Assembly (NCBI GenBank): GCA_041648575.1
Contig: JBAZOT010000003.1
Location: 14,895 to 78,894 of the forward strand
From: Patescibacteria group bacterium
GTDB lineage: Bacteria; Patescibacteriota; Patescibacteriia; Veblenbacterales; UBA10138
Direction of reading: 5' to 3'
DNA: 64,000 bases
How positions within the stretch are numbered: position 1 is the stretch's first letter; each line of letters begins with the position of its first letter. Both the position numbers and the translations under genes were made by a program. Positions 17,897 through 29,602 of this stretch are shown one piece after another. The notes beneath the pieces are model-generated. The model was given only the letters and a program-made list of their open reading frames with translations. It was not told the origin of the DNA and ran no database searches.

Positions 17897-20800
17897 TTAT
17901 ATCAAAAATTTATACTGACAATCGTGACCGCCGTCTTTGTGAATCTCACTAAAATTATCCTGCTTTATAGATTCTATTATTTGCTCAATAACTTCTAAAT
18001 AGCGCGCTTGTAAATCTTCTAATTCTTCAGCCGCGCCCAAAAACGGATCAGACCAAACATTTTTATTTAAATACCAATATTGGCAATTAACCACTTTCTC
18101 CTGAAGAAACTCCTGCGCTGCTAATTGATAAATTAATAACTGGTCCTTGTCCACTTTAGCTAAATTTTTTGGCGGATTTTCACCAGTTTTATAATCAATA
18201 ATATTTACACCACCGACAGTAACATCCATCCGATCTATTTTGCCGACAAATTTATAATCACCAAAACGTATTTTAAAAAACTGCTCAATATATTTCGGTT
18301 GGGGTGGGTTATTTTTAATGGCATCGTAAAAAGTCTTAATTTGCTCCAATCCCCGCTTTTTAAAATTCTCGCGCTCTTGTTTGCTTTCGTACCAATCATC
18401 CAACCACACCTCTTGATAAATATTTTCCAGCTCTTTAATAGTTGGTAATTGAATCTTGCCTTTAGTTTTGCTGCCGGCAGTAAACAATCCCAACTGTTCT
18501 GAAGACAGGCGGCTTTGCCAAAGTTTCATAAAATGCTCCAAGGCTTTGTGCATGCTAGAACCAAAGCTTAAATAAGCATTACCCGGGGTAGGAATTTTTA
18601 GTAAATAACGGTATTTAAATTCCAACGGACATTTTAAATAACTGGAAATCGAAGAAAAAGAAAAATGTTCTGGTATTGAATAACTAACTTTTCTAGTTTT
18701 TACGCTGGTTTCTTTTTTATCCAACATTGATTCATCTTTCACTGTTGATTTGTCATAAACATTTTTATCAGCTAACCCAAGCTCATAAAGAAATTGCGAC
18801 GGCTTCCTTTTTTGCTTGCCAAAATAATCTAAAGCATAAGTAAAATATAAGCTGCGTTTGGCTCGCGTCATAGCTACATAAAACAGCCGACGCTCTTCTT
18901 GTAAATGAACATCACCTTCGGGTAAAATTTCCTTAATTAATTCCGTAGGCAAAACAATGGCTTCACGCCGCTCTGTGGATGGAAATCGGCGATCCACTAA
19001 CTGCACAATAAATACATATTTAAATTCCAAACCCTTGGCCGAGTGCACAGTAATTACTTTTACCATTTCCGGACCTTCTTCCCAAGCTGGCGGCAACTCG
19101 CCCTCTTCTCCAGCTTCCAGCTCTAAGGCAAACAAATTTAAAAAATTATTTAAACTTTTGTCAGTATTATCCAATTCAAACTCCTGGGTTTTTTTGAAAA
19201 AAGCCGTTAAATAATTAGCTTGTTTAATAACTTCGTAATTATCTTGATTTTGCACTAGCCAATCGCTCACGCCAATATCGCGTATCACGCGCAAATATGT
19301 TTCACTGGCTGTTTTTTCGCGGGCAAAACTAGAATGTTTAGTAATAAAATTTAATAAATTTTCAACTATTTTTTGGCCCTCGGTTGATAAAGGAATAGTT
19401 TTGGACTGATTTATAGCTTCGTACAAAGACAATGCTTTGCGATTGGCAAAATAAAGCAAGCTAGACAGGTCACTATTAGGCAATTTGAACCAGGGTGTGG
19501 TTAAAATGCGGTATAGGGCTTGAGACTCGTGATAATTGTCTAACAGCTTAAAATAAGCCATTAAATCAAGAATAATGGCCTCCTGGTAAAGCCCACGGCT
19601 AGCTACATACTCAAAAGGTATGCTGGCCTTGCGCAAACCCTGCAAAAACGGTTCAGCCGAAGCATTAGCCCTAACTAAGATAGCAAAATCATCCCAAGTA
19701 GCTTCTGAATCTATCTTTTTTAATTCAACAATTTTATTTATTACTCCAAACGATTCCTGATGAAGATTACTATAAGTCAGCAGTTCAATATTACCTGACT
19801 CACAACTGACTGCTTTTAATTTCTTAGATAATTTTTTTGCGCCTTGGCTCAACTTTATTTCTAATCGGTAAGGATTGTTTTGTTGGATAAATTTATAAGA
19901 CAAATCCAGAATGTCTTGCGTGCTGCGATAATTGGTAATTAACAAAATTTCTTTGGCCTGCGGATAATCTTTTTTAAATTCCAAAATATTAGAAATGGAA
20001 GCACCGCGGAATTTAAAAATTGACTGATCGTCATCCCCTACTACCGTAACATTATTAGCTGGAGCTGCTAAAATTTTTATTAATTCGTATTGCGCATAAT
20101 TAGTATCTTGAAACTCATCAATTAAAATGTATTTGAATTGTTTCTGAAAATGTTTTAAAACCCCAAGCCTAGTACGAAAAAGTTTCAAGCAATAATTAAT
20201 TAAATCACCAAAATCCAAAGCATTGTTATCTAACAGCAATTTTTGATAAACATGATAAGCCCGCGCAACTTCTTGCAAGCGTACGCTTTCATTTTCGTCT
20301 TCATTAATAATCTCGCTTTCGGTTTTTTCCACATCCTTACTTTTTCTCGTACTCTTACTCTTACTAATTTTCAAGAACTCACTTTGACCAGTGTTAAGTC
20401 TTTGTGATTCAGCTAGTTTCAAATAATCCCCCGGATACACTTCTTCATCTTTTGCTCGGGAAAAATGCTTAATTAAAGCATGCACAAATTTAGTGGAATT
20501 ACCCAAAGGCCGATAATAATCCAAATCAAATTTATCTAAATTCTGTTTAACCAATAGCCACTGTTCAGTAGTATTTAACAATTTAAAATCTCCGGGTAAG
20601 CCAATGTCCAGGCCATAATCTTTTAACACGCGCTCGGCAAAGGAGTGGAAAGTAGAAACCCATAAATTTACATAACCTAAAGGAAGTAGCTTATCCACCC
20701 GCTCTTCCATTTCACCAGCTGCTTTATCAGTAAAAGTTAAAGCTAAAATCTCGTTCGGTTTAGCTTTTTTTTGCTCAATTAGCCAAGCAATCCGCCTGGT

Positions 20801-20929
20801 AATTACAGTAGTTTTGCCCGTGCCAGCGCCAGCCACTATAAGAAGCGGCCCATCGCCATGCGTCACCGCCACTTTTTGTTCGGGATTTAAATCTTTGAGC
20901 AAATCATTGGTTCCTAACTTTTTCACCAT
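17897..20929 (-). CDS. UvrD/PcrA-type helicase fused to a C-terminal PD-(D/E)XK (Cas4/AddB-like) nuclease
   Basis: Helicase motifs GAGTGKT, DEFQDTN, VGDDDQSIFKFRGA and TVHSAKGLEF. The C-terminus carries CPLEFKYRY...IDRMD...IDYKTG...C motifs. Confidence 0.85.
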   Translation of the reverse strand: MVKKLGTNDLLKDLNPEQKVAVTHGDGPLLIVAGAGTGKTTVITRRIAWLIEQKKAKPNEILALTFTDKAAGEMEERVDKLLPLGYVNLWVSTFHSFAERVLKDYGLDIGLPGDFKLLNTTEQWLLVKQNLDKFDLDYYRPLGNSTKFVHALIKHFSRAKDEEVYPGDYLKLAESQRLNTGQSEFLKISKSKSTRKSKDVEKTESEIINEDENESVRLQEVARAYHVYQKLLLDNNALDFGDLINYCLKLFRTRLGVLKHFQKQFKYILIDEFQDTNYAQYELIKILAAPANNVTVVGDDDQSIFKFRGASISNILEFKKDYPQAKEILLITNYRSTQDILDLSYKFIQQNNPYRLEIKLSQGAKKLSKKLKAVSCESGNIELLTYSNLHQESFGVINKIVELKKIDSEATWDDFAILVRANASAEPFLQGLRKASIPFEYVASRGLYQEAIILDLMAYFKLLDNYHESQALYRILTTPWFKLPNSDLSSLLYFANRKALSLYEAINQSKTIPLSTEGQKIVENLLNFITKHSSFAREKTASETYLRVIRDIGVSDWLVQNQDNYEVIKQANYLTAFFKKTQEFELDNTDKSLNNFLNLFALELEAGEEGELPPAWEEGPEMVKVITVHSAKGLEFKYVFIVQLVDRRFPSTERREAIVLPTELIKEILPEGDVHLQEERRLFYVAMTRAKRSLYFTYALDYFGKQKRKPSQFLYELGLADKNVYDKSTVKDESMLDKKETSVKTRKVSYSIPEHFSFSSISSYLKCPLEFKYRYLLKIPTPGNAYLSFGSSMHKALEHFMKLWQSRLSSEQLGLFTAGSKTKGKIQLPTIKELENIYQEVWLDDWYESKQERENFKKRGLEQIKTFYDAIKNNPPQPKYIEQFFKIRFGDYKFVGKIDRMDVTVGGVNIIDYKTGENPPKNLAKVDKDQLLIYQLAAQEFLQEKVVNCQYWYLNKNVWSDPFLGAAEELEDLQARYLEVIEQIIESIKQDNFSEIHKDGGHDCQYKFLI

Positions 20930-20948
20930 AACTTTAGTTTATCAATCA

Positions 20949-20977
20949 TTGACAAATTAGACTAGATGGTGTAAAAT
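20949..20977 (+). promoter_or_regulatory. promoter TTGACA-17-TAAAAT
   Basis: TTGACA (20949-54), spacer AATTAGACTAGATGGTG, TAAAAT (20972-77). It overlaps the ATG used by the ORF track, so the real start must be downstream. Confidence 0.55.
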
Positions 20978-21035
20978 GTTTTTACAAAAAACAAAGTATT
21001 ATTTACAATATCTAAATATAGAAAGGAAAACTGCA

Positions 21036-21263
21036 ATGATAAATACATCTGGTTGCTCAATGGCCGTTATTGTTGGTATATGTCTAATACTTATGGCTGA
21101 TTTTATTGCACTTATGGGTGCGATCCCACAATATAACTCCATGATTATAATACTCGCGATTGTAATAATGGCAATGGGAATTTTGACACTTAGTATTTCC
21201 GCGTATTTTTGGTTAAATAGACTTGACCATAATCAGGGGGAAATATTGAAAAAATTAAAATAA
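21036..21263 (+). CDS. small two-TM membrane protein (75 aa)
   Basis: ATG 21036 is preceded by GAAAGGA. The ORF has two hydrophobic helices, its own promoter, and a shared hairpin terminator. Confidence 0.45.
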   Translation: MINTSGCSMAVIVGICLILMADFIALMGAIPQYNSMIIILAIVIMAMGILTLSISAYFWLNRLDHNQGEILKKLK

Positions 21264-21329
21264 CTAAATTAAACACAAACGATTTGACGCTGACAAAAAA
21301 AATTGCCGGCGTTTTTTATAAAATTTAAA

Positions 21330-21358
21330 AAGTGACCCATAATATTTATGAGCCACTT
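21330..21358. terminator. hairpin between convergent genes
   Basis: AAGTGACCCATAA-TAT-TTATGAGCCACTT, with 11 of 13 positions paired. Confidence 0.4.
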
Positions 21359-21379
21359 CATGTTAGATAAATCTCTGTT

Positions 21380-21904
21380 TTACATCTTTACAATATACTG
21401 ACGCCGTTTGCTACCACTGAAAACATGTAATATTGGAATAACTTCCAATAATTCTCCTTGCTGTGGTGGAAATTTTTTTTCACTATAAGATGAAAACAAG
21501 GCTTTGGTCACAAAATATGCTTCGCGTAGCATTAATAATAACTTATCAACACTAATATCTTTAACTCTAGCCCAAGCGCAAGGGTAATGAACTCCAAGAA
21601 CAATTGTATGAATATCCTTCATTATTGCGCCATCTACTAATTGCTTTAATAAAGCAACGCGCAACGGATTATCAAGTTCATCAATACCTAGAACCGCAGC
21701 ACCACCATGATGAGAAAAAATATGAATTCGTTTGTTAAATTGATGATGGTGTGTTATCCAATCATGTGAATGATCACCGTCAGAACAGATAATAAGTTCA
21801 ATTCCGTCTGCACGAGTTAAACTTGAGGAATCAACATCAAGTAGCAGACCGGCTTTTCGCCAAGATGCAATACGTTGAATATCTTCTTTATTAATATCTA
21901 CCAT
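21380..21904 (-). CDS. hypothetical protein with a His/Cys-rich patch
   Basis: 174 aa containing CSDGDHSHDWITHHHQF, FSHHGGA and GVHYPCAWA. I recognise no family. It has its own promoter. Confidence 0.5.
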   Translation of the reverse strand: MVDINKEDIQRIASWRKAGLLLDVDSSSLTRADGIELIICSDGDHSHDWITHHHQFNKRIHIFSHHGGAAVLGIDELDNPLRVALLKQLVDGAIMKDIHTIVLGVHYPCAWARVKDISVDKLLLMLREAYFVTKALFSSYSEKKFPPQQGELLEVIPILHVFSGSKRRQYIVKM

Positions 21905-21957
21905 ATTTTTTTCCTTTGATTAATTTATTTATAAAGAACAACATTTTTTAATACTTT

Positions 21958-21986
21958 ATAATATATTAGTAATCAAAAAATGTCAA
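21958..21986 (-). promoter_or_regulatory. promoter TTGACA-17-TATTAT
   Basis: Reverse complement reads TTGACA TTTTTTGATTACTAATA TATTAT. Confidence 0.5.
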
Positions 21987-22022
21987 GAGTAAAAATATTT
22001 AACTGATTATAAATTCTATTTA

Positions 22023-22472
22023 TTATTCTTCAATTCTTGGCCCCAGTGGCTTACGGTCGCGTCTTTTGCGAACTACCTTAAGCCGAGCTAATTCTTTTTC
22101 CAACTTAGCTGCCAAAGCTGTGTAATCAACTGCCTCAACCTGTTTTTTCTCCATTAAATCCTTGGCTCTTTGTCGCGCTTCTTCTGCTCTAATTTCATCA
22201 ATTTCTTCTGCTCGTTCTGCTGTATCTGCCAGCACCACGACTTTACCAGGTCTAACCTCAATAAATCCACCAGAAACTGCCATAGAAATTTCTTCATTGC
22301 CAATCTTTACTCTGACTTCTCCAGGAACTAATGAAGATACCAAAGGAAGATGATTTGGCAAAACAGTAATCTCGCCCATTTTAGTCGGCAGAGTAATTGA
22401 TTCCACATTTGGCGCGTCAAACACCACGCGTTCGGGGGTGGCTATTTGAAAATGAAGATTTTTTTCAGACAT
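22023..22472 (-). CDS. atpC: ATP synthase F1 epsilon subunit
   Basis: 149 aa with an N-terminal beta-sandwich and a C-terminal helical hairpin. Follows atpD. Confidence 0.9.
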   Translation of the reverse strand: MSEKNLHFQIATPERVVFDAPNVESITLPTKMGEITVLPNHLPLVSSLVPGEVRVKIGNEEISMAVSGGFIEVRPGKVVVLADTAERAEEIDEIRAEEARQRAKDLMEKKQVEAVDYTALAAKLEKELARLKVVRKRRDRKPLGPRIEE

Positions 22473-22492
22473 AAATTTTAAACACTTAGAAT

Positions 22493-23899
<1,407 letters not shown>

Positions 23900-24022
23900 T
23901 TAATAGTTGATAGTTATTAGTAATAAATTTAAGCTATTGACAGATTAATAAGTTTATATTAAGGTTAGATAAAATTCAAGATAAATAATTAATTAAAATT
24001 GTAAATTTCTAAGGAGTAAAAA

Positions 24023-24220
24023 ATGATTATCTATATCTACGACATATTAACCCCTGATGACCTAACCATCACTGAACTTAGAGAATTAATGAATCATTAT
24101 GGCCAAAAAGGAATTAAAGTCAAAGTGCTACACATAGAAAAAATTCGGGGGGGAATTGTACAAAATTGCGGTAATATTATTTTACAAACAACACAAGAAG
24201 TGGCTACCATCCAAAAATAA
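24023..24220 (+). CDS. orphan 65-aa protein encoded antisense inside the atp operon
   Basis: AAGGAG lies 8 nt before the ATG, an upstream TTGACA is at 23937-42, and an intrinsic terminator follows directly. No recognisable family. Confidence 0.4.
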   Translation: MIIYIYDILTPDDLTITELRELMNHYGQKGIKVKVLHIEKIRGGIVQNCGNIILQTTQEVATIQK

Positions 24221-24256
24221 AATACTCCTGTCAAATATCAATTTATTCGTTTCTTC

Positions 24257-24295
24257 AACTCCAGCGATGAATACATCAACGGAGTTTTTTATTTT
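24257..24295 (+). terminator. intrinsic terminator of the 65-aa ORF
   Basis: AACTCC (24257-62) pairs with GGAGTT (24281-86), followed by TTTTTATTTT. Confidence 0.55.
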
Positions 24296-24320
24296 CTTAA
24301 AATTACAGTTTTTATTTTTT

Positions 24321-24388
24321 CTGGATTCCCCCACTACGCGGGGCAAGCCGCTGGAGTTTATCCCCGCGTAGGCGGGGACGGGAATGAC
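24321..24388. repeat. GC-rich palindromic element ending in GGGAATGAC
   Basis: CTACGCGGGG (24334-43) pairs with CCCCGCGTAG (24362-71). It lies in the atpG-atpD gap. Confidence 0.5.
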
Positions 24389-24427
24389 GTTTTTAAATCT
24401 TACTCTATACTCTTACTCTTACTTAAT

Positions 24428-25369
24428 TCATCCTTCCACCGCTACACGGCCGCCAGTGATATCTGCTAATTCCGTGGTAATTGAAGCTTGGCGCGCCTGG
24501 TTATAAGTTAGGGTTAATGAGGAAACCATATCGTCCGCTGCGTCAGAGGCATTGCGCATAGCCAACATTCTGGCTGAATGCTCCGAAGCATCAGATTCTA
24601 AAAGAGCTTGGTAAATTTGCACCTCAAGCAACCTGGGGAGCAAATCTTCCAGTACCTGATCTGGTGTTGGTTCAAATAAATATTCGTAATTATATAAATA
24701 CGACGGCTGGTACTTTTCTGACTGATTTGGTTTATCTTGATCCGGTATGCGCGCTTGACCTAAATCAGCATCTGCTTCAATTTCTATTGGCAGTAATTGT
24801 TTAATACGTGGTTTTTGTGCCATGGGAGAAATAAAATCCGTATATGCCATTACCACGCGATCATAATAACCACGCAAATAATCATCAATTAATAATTTGG
24901 CAATCGGAGTTACCTCGTCAATTCTGGTGGTAATGTCAGCTTTGGTAAACTCTGCCATGATAGTATGACCATGTCTAAACATAATGTCGCGACCACGCTT
25001 TCCTACAGCCACTAAATCAGCCTCTAGCTCAACCTGCTGACTGCGATGGCGTTCAATATATAAATTTGCTCTATTAGCCAACTGATGATTAAATCCACCG
25101 CATAATCCACGATTAGATGTAACTATCACCAACCCAATATGTTTGGTGGTTTCTCGACGATGCAATAACGGGTGGTGGGCAGGATCGGTGCGCCTAACTA
25201 GCTCCTGCAGCATTTCCCAGCCCAAATTAGCATAAGTACGCGTAGCTAAAACATTGGCTACTGCTTTTCTCATTTTAGCAGCCGACACCATTTCCATTGC
25301 TCGAGTTATTTGATTGGTGTTTTTTATGGAGCGTATTCGCCTTTTTATTTCGCGAGTAGCCTGGGGCAT
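24428..25369 (-). CDS. atpG: ATP synthase F1 gamma subunit
   Basis: 313 aa with N-terminal IKRRIRSIKNTNQITRAMEMVSAAKMRKA and C-terminal ITTELADITGG. Confidence 0.9.
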   Translation of the reverse strand: MPQATREIKRRIRSIKNTNQITRAMEMVSAAKMRKAVANVLATRTYANLGWEMLQELVRRTDPAHHPLLHRRETTKHIGLVIVTSNRGLCGGFNHQLANRANLYIERHRSQQVELEADLVAVGKRGRDIMFRHGHTIMAEFTKADITTRIDEVTPIAKLLIDDYLRGYYDRVVMAYTDFISPMAQKPRIKQLLPIEIEADADLGQARIPDQDKPNQSEKYQPSYLYNYEYLFEPTPDQVLEDLLPRLLEVQIYQALLESDASEHSARMLAMRNASDAADDMVSSLTLTYNQARQASITTELADITGGRVAVEG

Positions 25370-25404
25370 ATTAAAAATTTAAAATTTAAAAATCAAAATG
25401 AAAA

Positions 25405-26907
25405 CTAAACTATCATTTTTTTAACCTCTTCAACTGCTGTCTTAATTGCTTGTTCAATTTCTGGAGTTAATTCTTTTTTATCAGCAATCTGTTTTAATAC
25501 CGGCTGTCCTTTTAGATAATGATGGAATTTCTTTTCAAAATCAGAAATTTTCTCGACTGCTACATCATCCAGTAAACCATTAACTACCGAGTACAATATG
25601 GCGATTTGATTTGTAACGGACAAAGGTTCATACTGGCCTTGTTTTAAAATTTCAGTAATACGCTTACCTCGCTCTAATTGTTTCTTAGTTGTTTCGTCTA
25701 AATCAGAACCAAACTGGGCAAAAGCGGCGAGCTCTCTGTATTGGGCCACATCCAAACGCAATTTTCCAGCAACTTTTTTCATCGCCTTAACCTGTGCTTT
25801 TGAGCCAACGCGCGATACTGATAACCCCACATTAACTGCTGGCCTAATACCCTGATAAAATAAATCGCTTTCTAAATAGATCTGACCATCGGTAATGGAA
25901 ATAACATTAGTGGGAATATAAGCTGATACGTCGCCAGCTTGCGTTTCAATAATCGGCAAAGCTGTTAAACTTCCACCGCCATAATCTTTGTTGAGCTTAG
26001 CGGAACGTTCCAGTAACCGGGAATGTAAATAAAAAATATCTCCCGGATATGCCTCACGTCCTGGTGGCCTCCTTAGTAATAAAGAAATCTGCCTGTAGGC
26101 CACTGCATGTTTGGATAAATCATCATAAATCAACAACACATCTTTACCTTTATCCATAAAATATTCTCCCATTGCACATCCGGAGTATGGCGCTAAAAAC
26201 GTTAACGCCGCCGGATCCGAAGCACCAGCTACCACCACAGTGGTATAATCCATGGCGCCGAATTCCTGTAACTTGGCAACAATTTTTGCCACTTTTGATT
26301 CTTTTTGTCCAATGGCAACATAAACACAAAATACCTCCTGACCTTTTTGATTAATAATCGTATCAACCGCCAAAGCAGTTTTACCGGTTTGCCGGTCACC
26401 AATAATAAGCTCGCGCTGCCCGCGACCAATGGGAATCATTGAATCAATTGCTTTAATACCGGTTTGCAACGGGGTGTCGACTGATTGCCTAGTAATAACA
26501 CGTGGAGCAATTTTTTCTACTGGATAAAAAGTTTCAGCTTTAACTGGGCCTTTACCATCTAGTGGTTCGCCCAAGGGATCAACTACGCGACCGACAATTC
26601 CCTTGCCAGTAGGAACAGATAATATACGGCCAGTGGTTTTTACTGTGTCTCCTTGTTTAATCTCCACATAGTCCCCTAAAATCATGACTCCGACCATTGC
26701 TTCTTCTAAATTTAAAGCCACACCAAAAATTCCTTTGGGAAATTCAACCATTTCGCCTGATTGTACCGTCGCTAAACCAGAAATTTTAGCAATACCATCG
26801 CCTACCTCCACTACTGTACCGATTTTTTCGCCTGTTACCTTTCCTTCAAAATCAGCTAATTTGCTGGTTAATGATTTTAATAAACTTTCTTTGGTAATTT
26901 CAGTCAT
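25405..26907 (-). CDS. atpA: ATP synthase F1 alpha subunit
   Basis: Carries GDRQTGKTA (Walker A), [11 protein letters not shown] and the alpha signature [13 protein letters not shown]. Confidence 0.97.
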   Translation of the reverse strand: MTEITKESLLKSLTSKLADFEGKVTGEKIGTVVEVGDGIAKISGLATVQSGEMVEFPKGIFGVALNLEEAMVGVMILGDYVEIKQGDTVKTTGRILSVPTGKGIVGRVVDPLGEPLDGKGPVKAETFYPVEKIAPRVITRQSVDTPLQTGIKAIDSMIPIGRGQRELIIGDRQTGKTALAVDTIINQKGQEVFCVYVAIGQKESKVAKIVAKLQEFGAMDYTTVVVAGASDPAALTFLAPYSGCAMGEYFMDKGKDVLLIYDDLSKHAVAYRQISLLLRRPPGREAYPGDIFYLHSRLLERSAKLNKDYGGGSLTALPIIETQAGDVSAYIPTNVISITDGQIYLESDLFYQGIRPAVNVGLSVSRVGSKAQVKAMKKVAGKLRLDVAQYRELAAFAQFGSDLDETTKKQLERGKRITEILKQGQYEPLSVTNQIAILYSVVNGLLDDVAVEKISDFEKKFHHYLKGQPVLKQIADKKELTPEIEQAIKTAVEEVKKMIV

Positions 26908-26931
26908 ATAAGCTATTTAAAAAATTAATTT

Positions 26932-27327
26932 CTAATTTGTTAATTGATAATATAATTTGTCCAGCTTTCCTTTAACGCTAAAATCGAACCGTTCGCCATC
27001 TATAACTACCACTACTCCACCCAGCAAATGTGGCTTAACCTGCCATTCAACAGTAAATTCTCCCGGAACAGATTTTTTCAAGCTACTTACTAAGCCTTTT
27101 TGCTCTTGAGTATTAAGCTCCCTGCCGGTGGTAATTAATATTTGATGTTCCTGAGTTAAAGAATGCCAAACATCGTTAACCTCCTGAACAATTCTCTTGC
27201 GCCAAACAAAATGCTTGTTTTTTAGAACTTGTTGCCATAAACAGTCAATAATTTTATCTTTATTTGCTGGCTGCCGCAAGACATCGGAGATTAATTGTTT
27301 AGCGTAATAGCGAGGACTTATTTTCAT
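26932..27327 (-). CDS. atpH: ATP synthase F1 delta (OSCP) subunit, short form
   Basis: Lies between atpF and atpA. C-terminal LLGGVVVVIDGERFDFSVKGKL. At 131 aa it is shorter than a typical delta subunit. Confidence 0.7.
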   Translation of the reverse strand: MKISPRYYAKQLISDVLRQPANKDKIIDCLWQQVLKNKHFVWRKRIVQEVNDVWHSLTQEHQILITTGRELNTQEQKGLVSSLKKSVPGEFTVEWQVKPHLLGGVVVVIDGERFDFSVKGKLDKLYYQLTN

Positions 27328-27329
27328 AA

Positions 27330-27845
27330 TTATTTTTTGTGATTACGATTAGTTATTTCTTGCATTGCTTCATCAATCACTTTTTTGTCTAAAGTAGGAG
27401 TTGTTACTTTACCTAAAACTTTAGCCACTGCTTGGACCACTAAACTAGAGGCCTGCTTTTTAACTTCATTTAACATCTCTTCTTTCTCCACTATAAATTT
27501 TTGACGTGTCTCCTGAACCACTCGTTCTGCTTCGGTACGTACTTTTTGCAACGTTTCCTGACGCTGGACTTCGCTTCTGGCTTCACCCTGGCGCTGAATT
27601 TCTTCCGACTGTTTTCTAGCCTCAGTTAAAACCTCTTCTCGAGTTATGGTTAATTGCTTCATTTCTTGTTCAATCCGTTTGGCGTCGGCTAGACTTTTTT
27701 CTATTTCCTTGGTCCGACTGTCCATAGTTTTCATTAATGGTTTAAGTGCAAATTTCCACAATACTCCTATTACAATACCGAAATTGATTAATTGGGCAAT
27801 CATTAATTTCCAATCAACGTGAAATGTATTTATAAAATCTTCCAT
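27330..27845 (-). CDS. atpF: ATP synthase Fo subunit b
   Basis: One N-terminal TM helix followed by a long charged coiled coil. The operon position fits. Confidence 0.8.
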   Translation of the reverse strand: MEDFINTFHVDWKLMIAQLINFGIVIGVLWKFALKPLMKTMDSRTKEIEKSLADAKRIEQEMKQLTITREEVLTEARKQSEEIQRQGEARSEVQRQETLQKVRTEAERVVQETRQKFIVEKEEMLNEVKKQASSLVVQAVAKVLGKVTTPTLDKKVIDEAMQEITNRNHKK

Positions 27846-27916
27846 AAATATTAATTAAAAATAATCATTTTTCGGCAGAAGGCTTGCGTTTTTCAAACCT
27901 TCTGAATGAAAAACAA

Positions 27917-28174
<258 letters not shown>

Positions 28175-28223
28175 TTATTATTTAACGTCACCAGCAAATA
28201 CTCAGTTAATTAATAAATGCAAA

Positions 28224-29153
28224 TTAATGTTCCTCTGCTGTCGAAGCAACAGAAAAATAAACTAAAGTTAGCATGGCAAAAATCAACGCCTGAACAACAC
28301 CCACTATTACTTCTAAAAACATGAAGGGTATAGGCAAGACAAAAGCAAAAATTACGGCAATTGATGCTAATAATACTTCACCTGCAAAAATATTACCAAA
28401 TAATCGAAAAGATAGTGAAGCGACTTTGGCCGCTTCTCCAATAATTTCAATCAAACCAACAAAAAATTTTACTGGACTGATAAAAATTACTGCCGGCTCT
28501 TTAATTATTTTCTTTGGTATATTTATTAATTCCTTAATGTTAATAAACTTATTAAAATATTTCCAAATGCCTACTGAAATAACGCCAAAAAGATTTGAAC
28601 CAATCACCGCCATCACTGCCAAAACAAAAGTAGTGTTGAAATCTGCGGTAGCGCCACGTAACAATGGAACAAAAACTTGGTGTCCGCTCTCAACCTCTAT
28701 AAAACCAACCGACCCAACTCCTGGTAACAATCCTAACCAATTATTCAATAGAATAAAAATAAAAATCACAAAAACAAAGGGAAAAATTTTAAGAGATTTT
28801 TTTCGATCACCGGTAACTTGGTCAGCCAACCCTAATGACCCTTCAATAATAGTTTCCAACGCAGTTTGCAACCGCGAGGGAATTCTGGTTATTCTTTTGC
28901 TAATTACCATAGCAAATAAAACCAAAATCACCACTACCAACCAAGAATTAATTAATGAATTAGTAACTGTAAAATTGCCAATGTGAAAAATCGGTTCTGA
29001 ATACAAAGTAACTTCGTGAGTTACCTGCTGTTCTATATTTTCTTCATTAATCAAGGTAGTTTCATTATTAACTGGTAATTGAAGATTATTGGTTTCTTCT
29101 GCTAACATCATTAGTGGTCTTTCTTTGACGCGCTTCTTTGTCTGCTTCCGCAA
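28224..29153 (-). CDS. atpB: ATP synthase Fo subunit a
   Basis: Polytopic protein with LSFRLFGNIFAGE (the conserved Arg helix). The real start may be the internal MMLAEE (about 29111). Confidence 0.85.
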   Translation of the reverse strand: MRKQTKKRVKERPLMMLAEETNNLQLPVNNETTLINEENIEQQVTHEVTLYSEPIFHIGNFTVTNSLINSWLVVVILVLFAMVISKRITRIPSRLQTALETIIEGSLGLADQVTGDRKKSLKIFPFVFVIFIFILLNNWLGLLPGVGSVGFIEVESGHQVFVPLLRGATADFNTTFVLAVMAVIGSNLFGVISVGIWKYFNKFINIKELINIPKKIIKEPAVIFISPVKFFVGLIEIIGEAAKVASLSFRLFGNIFAGEVLLASIAVIFAFVLPIPFMFLEVIVGVVQALIFAMLTLVYFSVASTAEEH

Positions 29154-29367
29154 TATATCTGGAAGCGATGCGAGTTATAGACAAGGTAGCAACAACAATT
29201 CCTAAACTTAATAAAATTAAAGTATACAGAGGTTCGCTATTATATATTTTATCCAAAATCCTGCCGCCATAAAGCGCCGCGATTATAGGCACCACAATTA
29301 ACCCAGTTACTTCCGAAAAAAGCGCCAGGGCTTGGTGCCACCACTGGTTATTTTTTTGCTCAATCAT
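29086..29367 (-). CDS. AtpZ/AtpI-like small membrane protein
   Basis: 93 aa with two TM helices. It is the first gene of the atp operon. Confidence 0.55.
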   Translation of the reverse strand: MIEQKNNQWWHQALALFSEVTGLIVVPIIAALYGGRILDKIYNSEPLYTLILLSLGIVVATLSITRIASRYIAEADKEARQRKTTNDVSRRNQ

Positions 29368-29493
29368 AGCTTTATTTTACCCCTAGACGCTCCTTTTGGA
29401 CAGCGCAATCTAAAGCATTGATTATTAACTCGCTCGGACTAAATAAACTTATGATGATAAATAAAAAGGGCAGTGGTAAAACCTCAAGCGAGT

Positions 29494-29522
29494 ATTATAA
29501 CCATTTTTTATGATTACGTCAA
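29494..29522 (-). promoter_or_regulatory. atp operon promoter TTGACG-17-TATAAT
   Basis: Reverse complement reads TTGACG TAATCATAAAAAATGGT TATAAT, about 120 nt upstream of ATG 29367. Confidence 0.65.
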
Positions 29523-29602
29523 TGGTTAATAAATTTTTTGGCTAAAATTAGATAAAAAACAAATATAACTCTAATTTTTAAGAGTTTTTTATCTATTATA
29601 AT

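Noticed and set aside
28321-28986. Long antisense or alternative-frame ORFs opposite real genes (28321-28986 opposite atpB, 11530-12090 opposite pheT, 45302-45694, 36677-37069, 53141-53515, 5977-6273 and similar).
   Set aside because: Each lies fully inside a well-supported gene on the other strand or in another frame. Their low-complexity composition is typical of shadow ORFs in AT-rich DNA, and they have no RBS or promoter.
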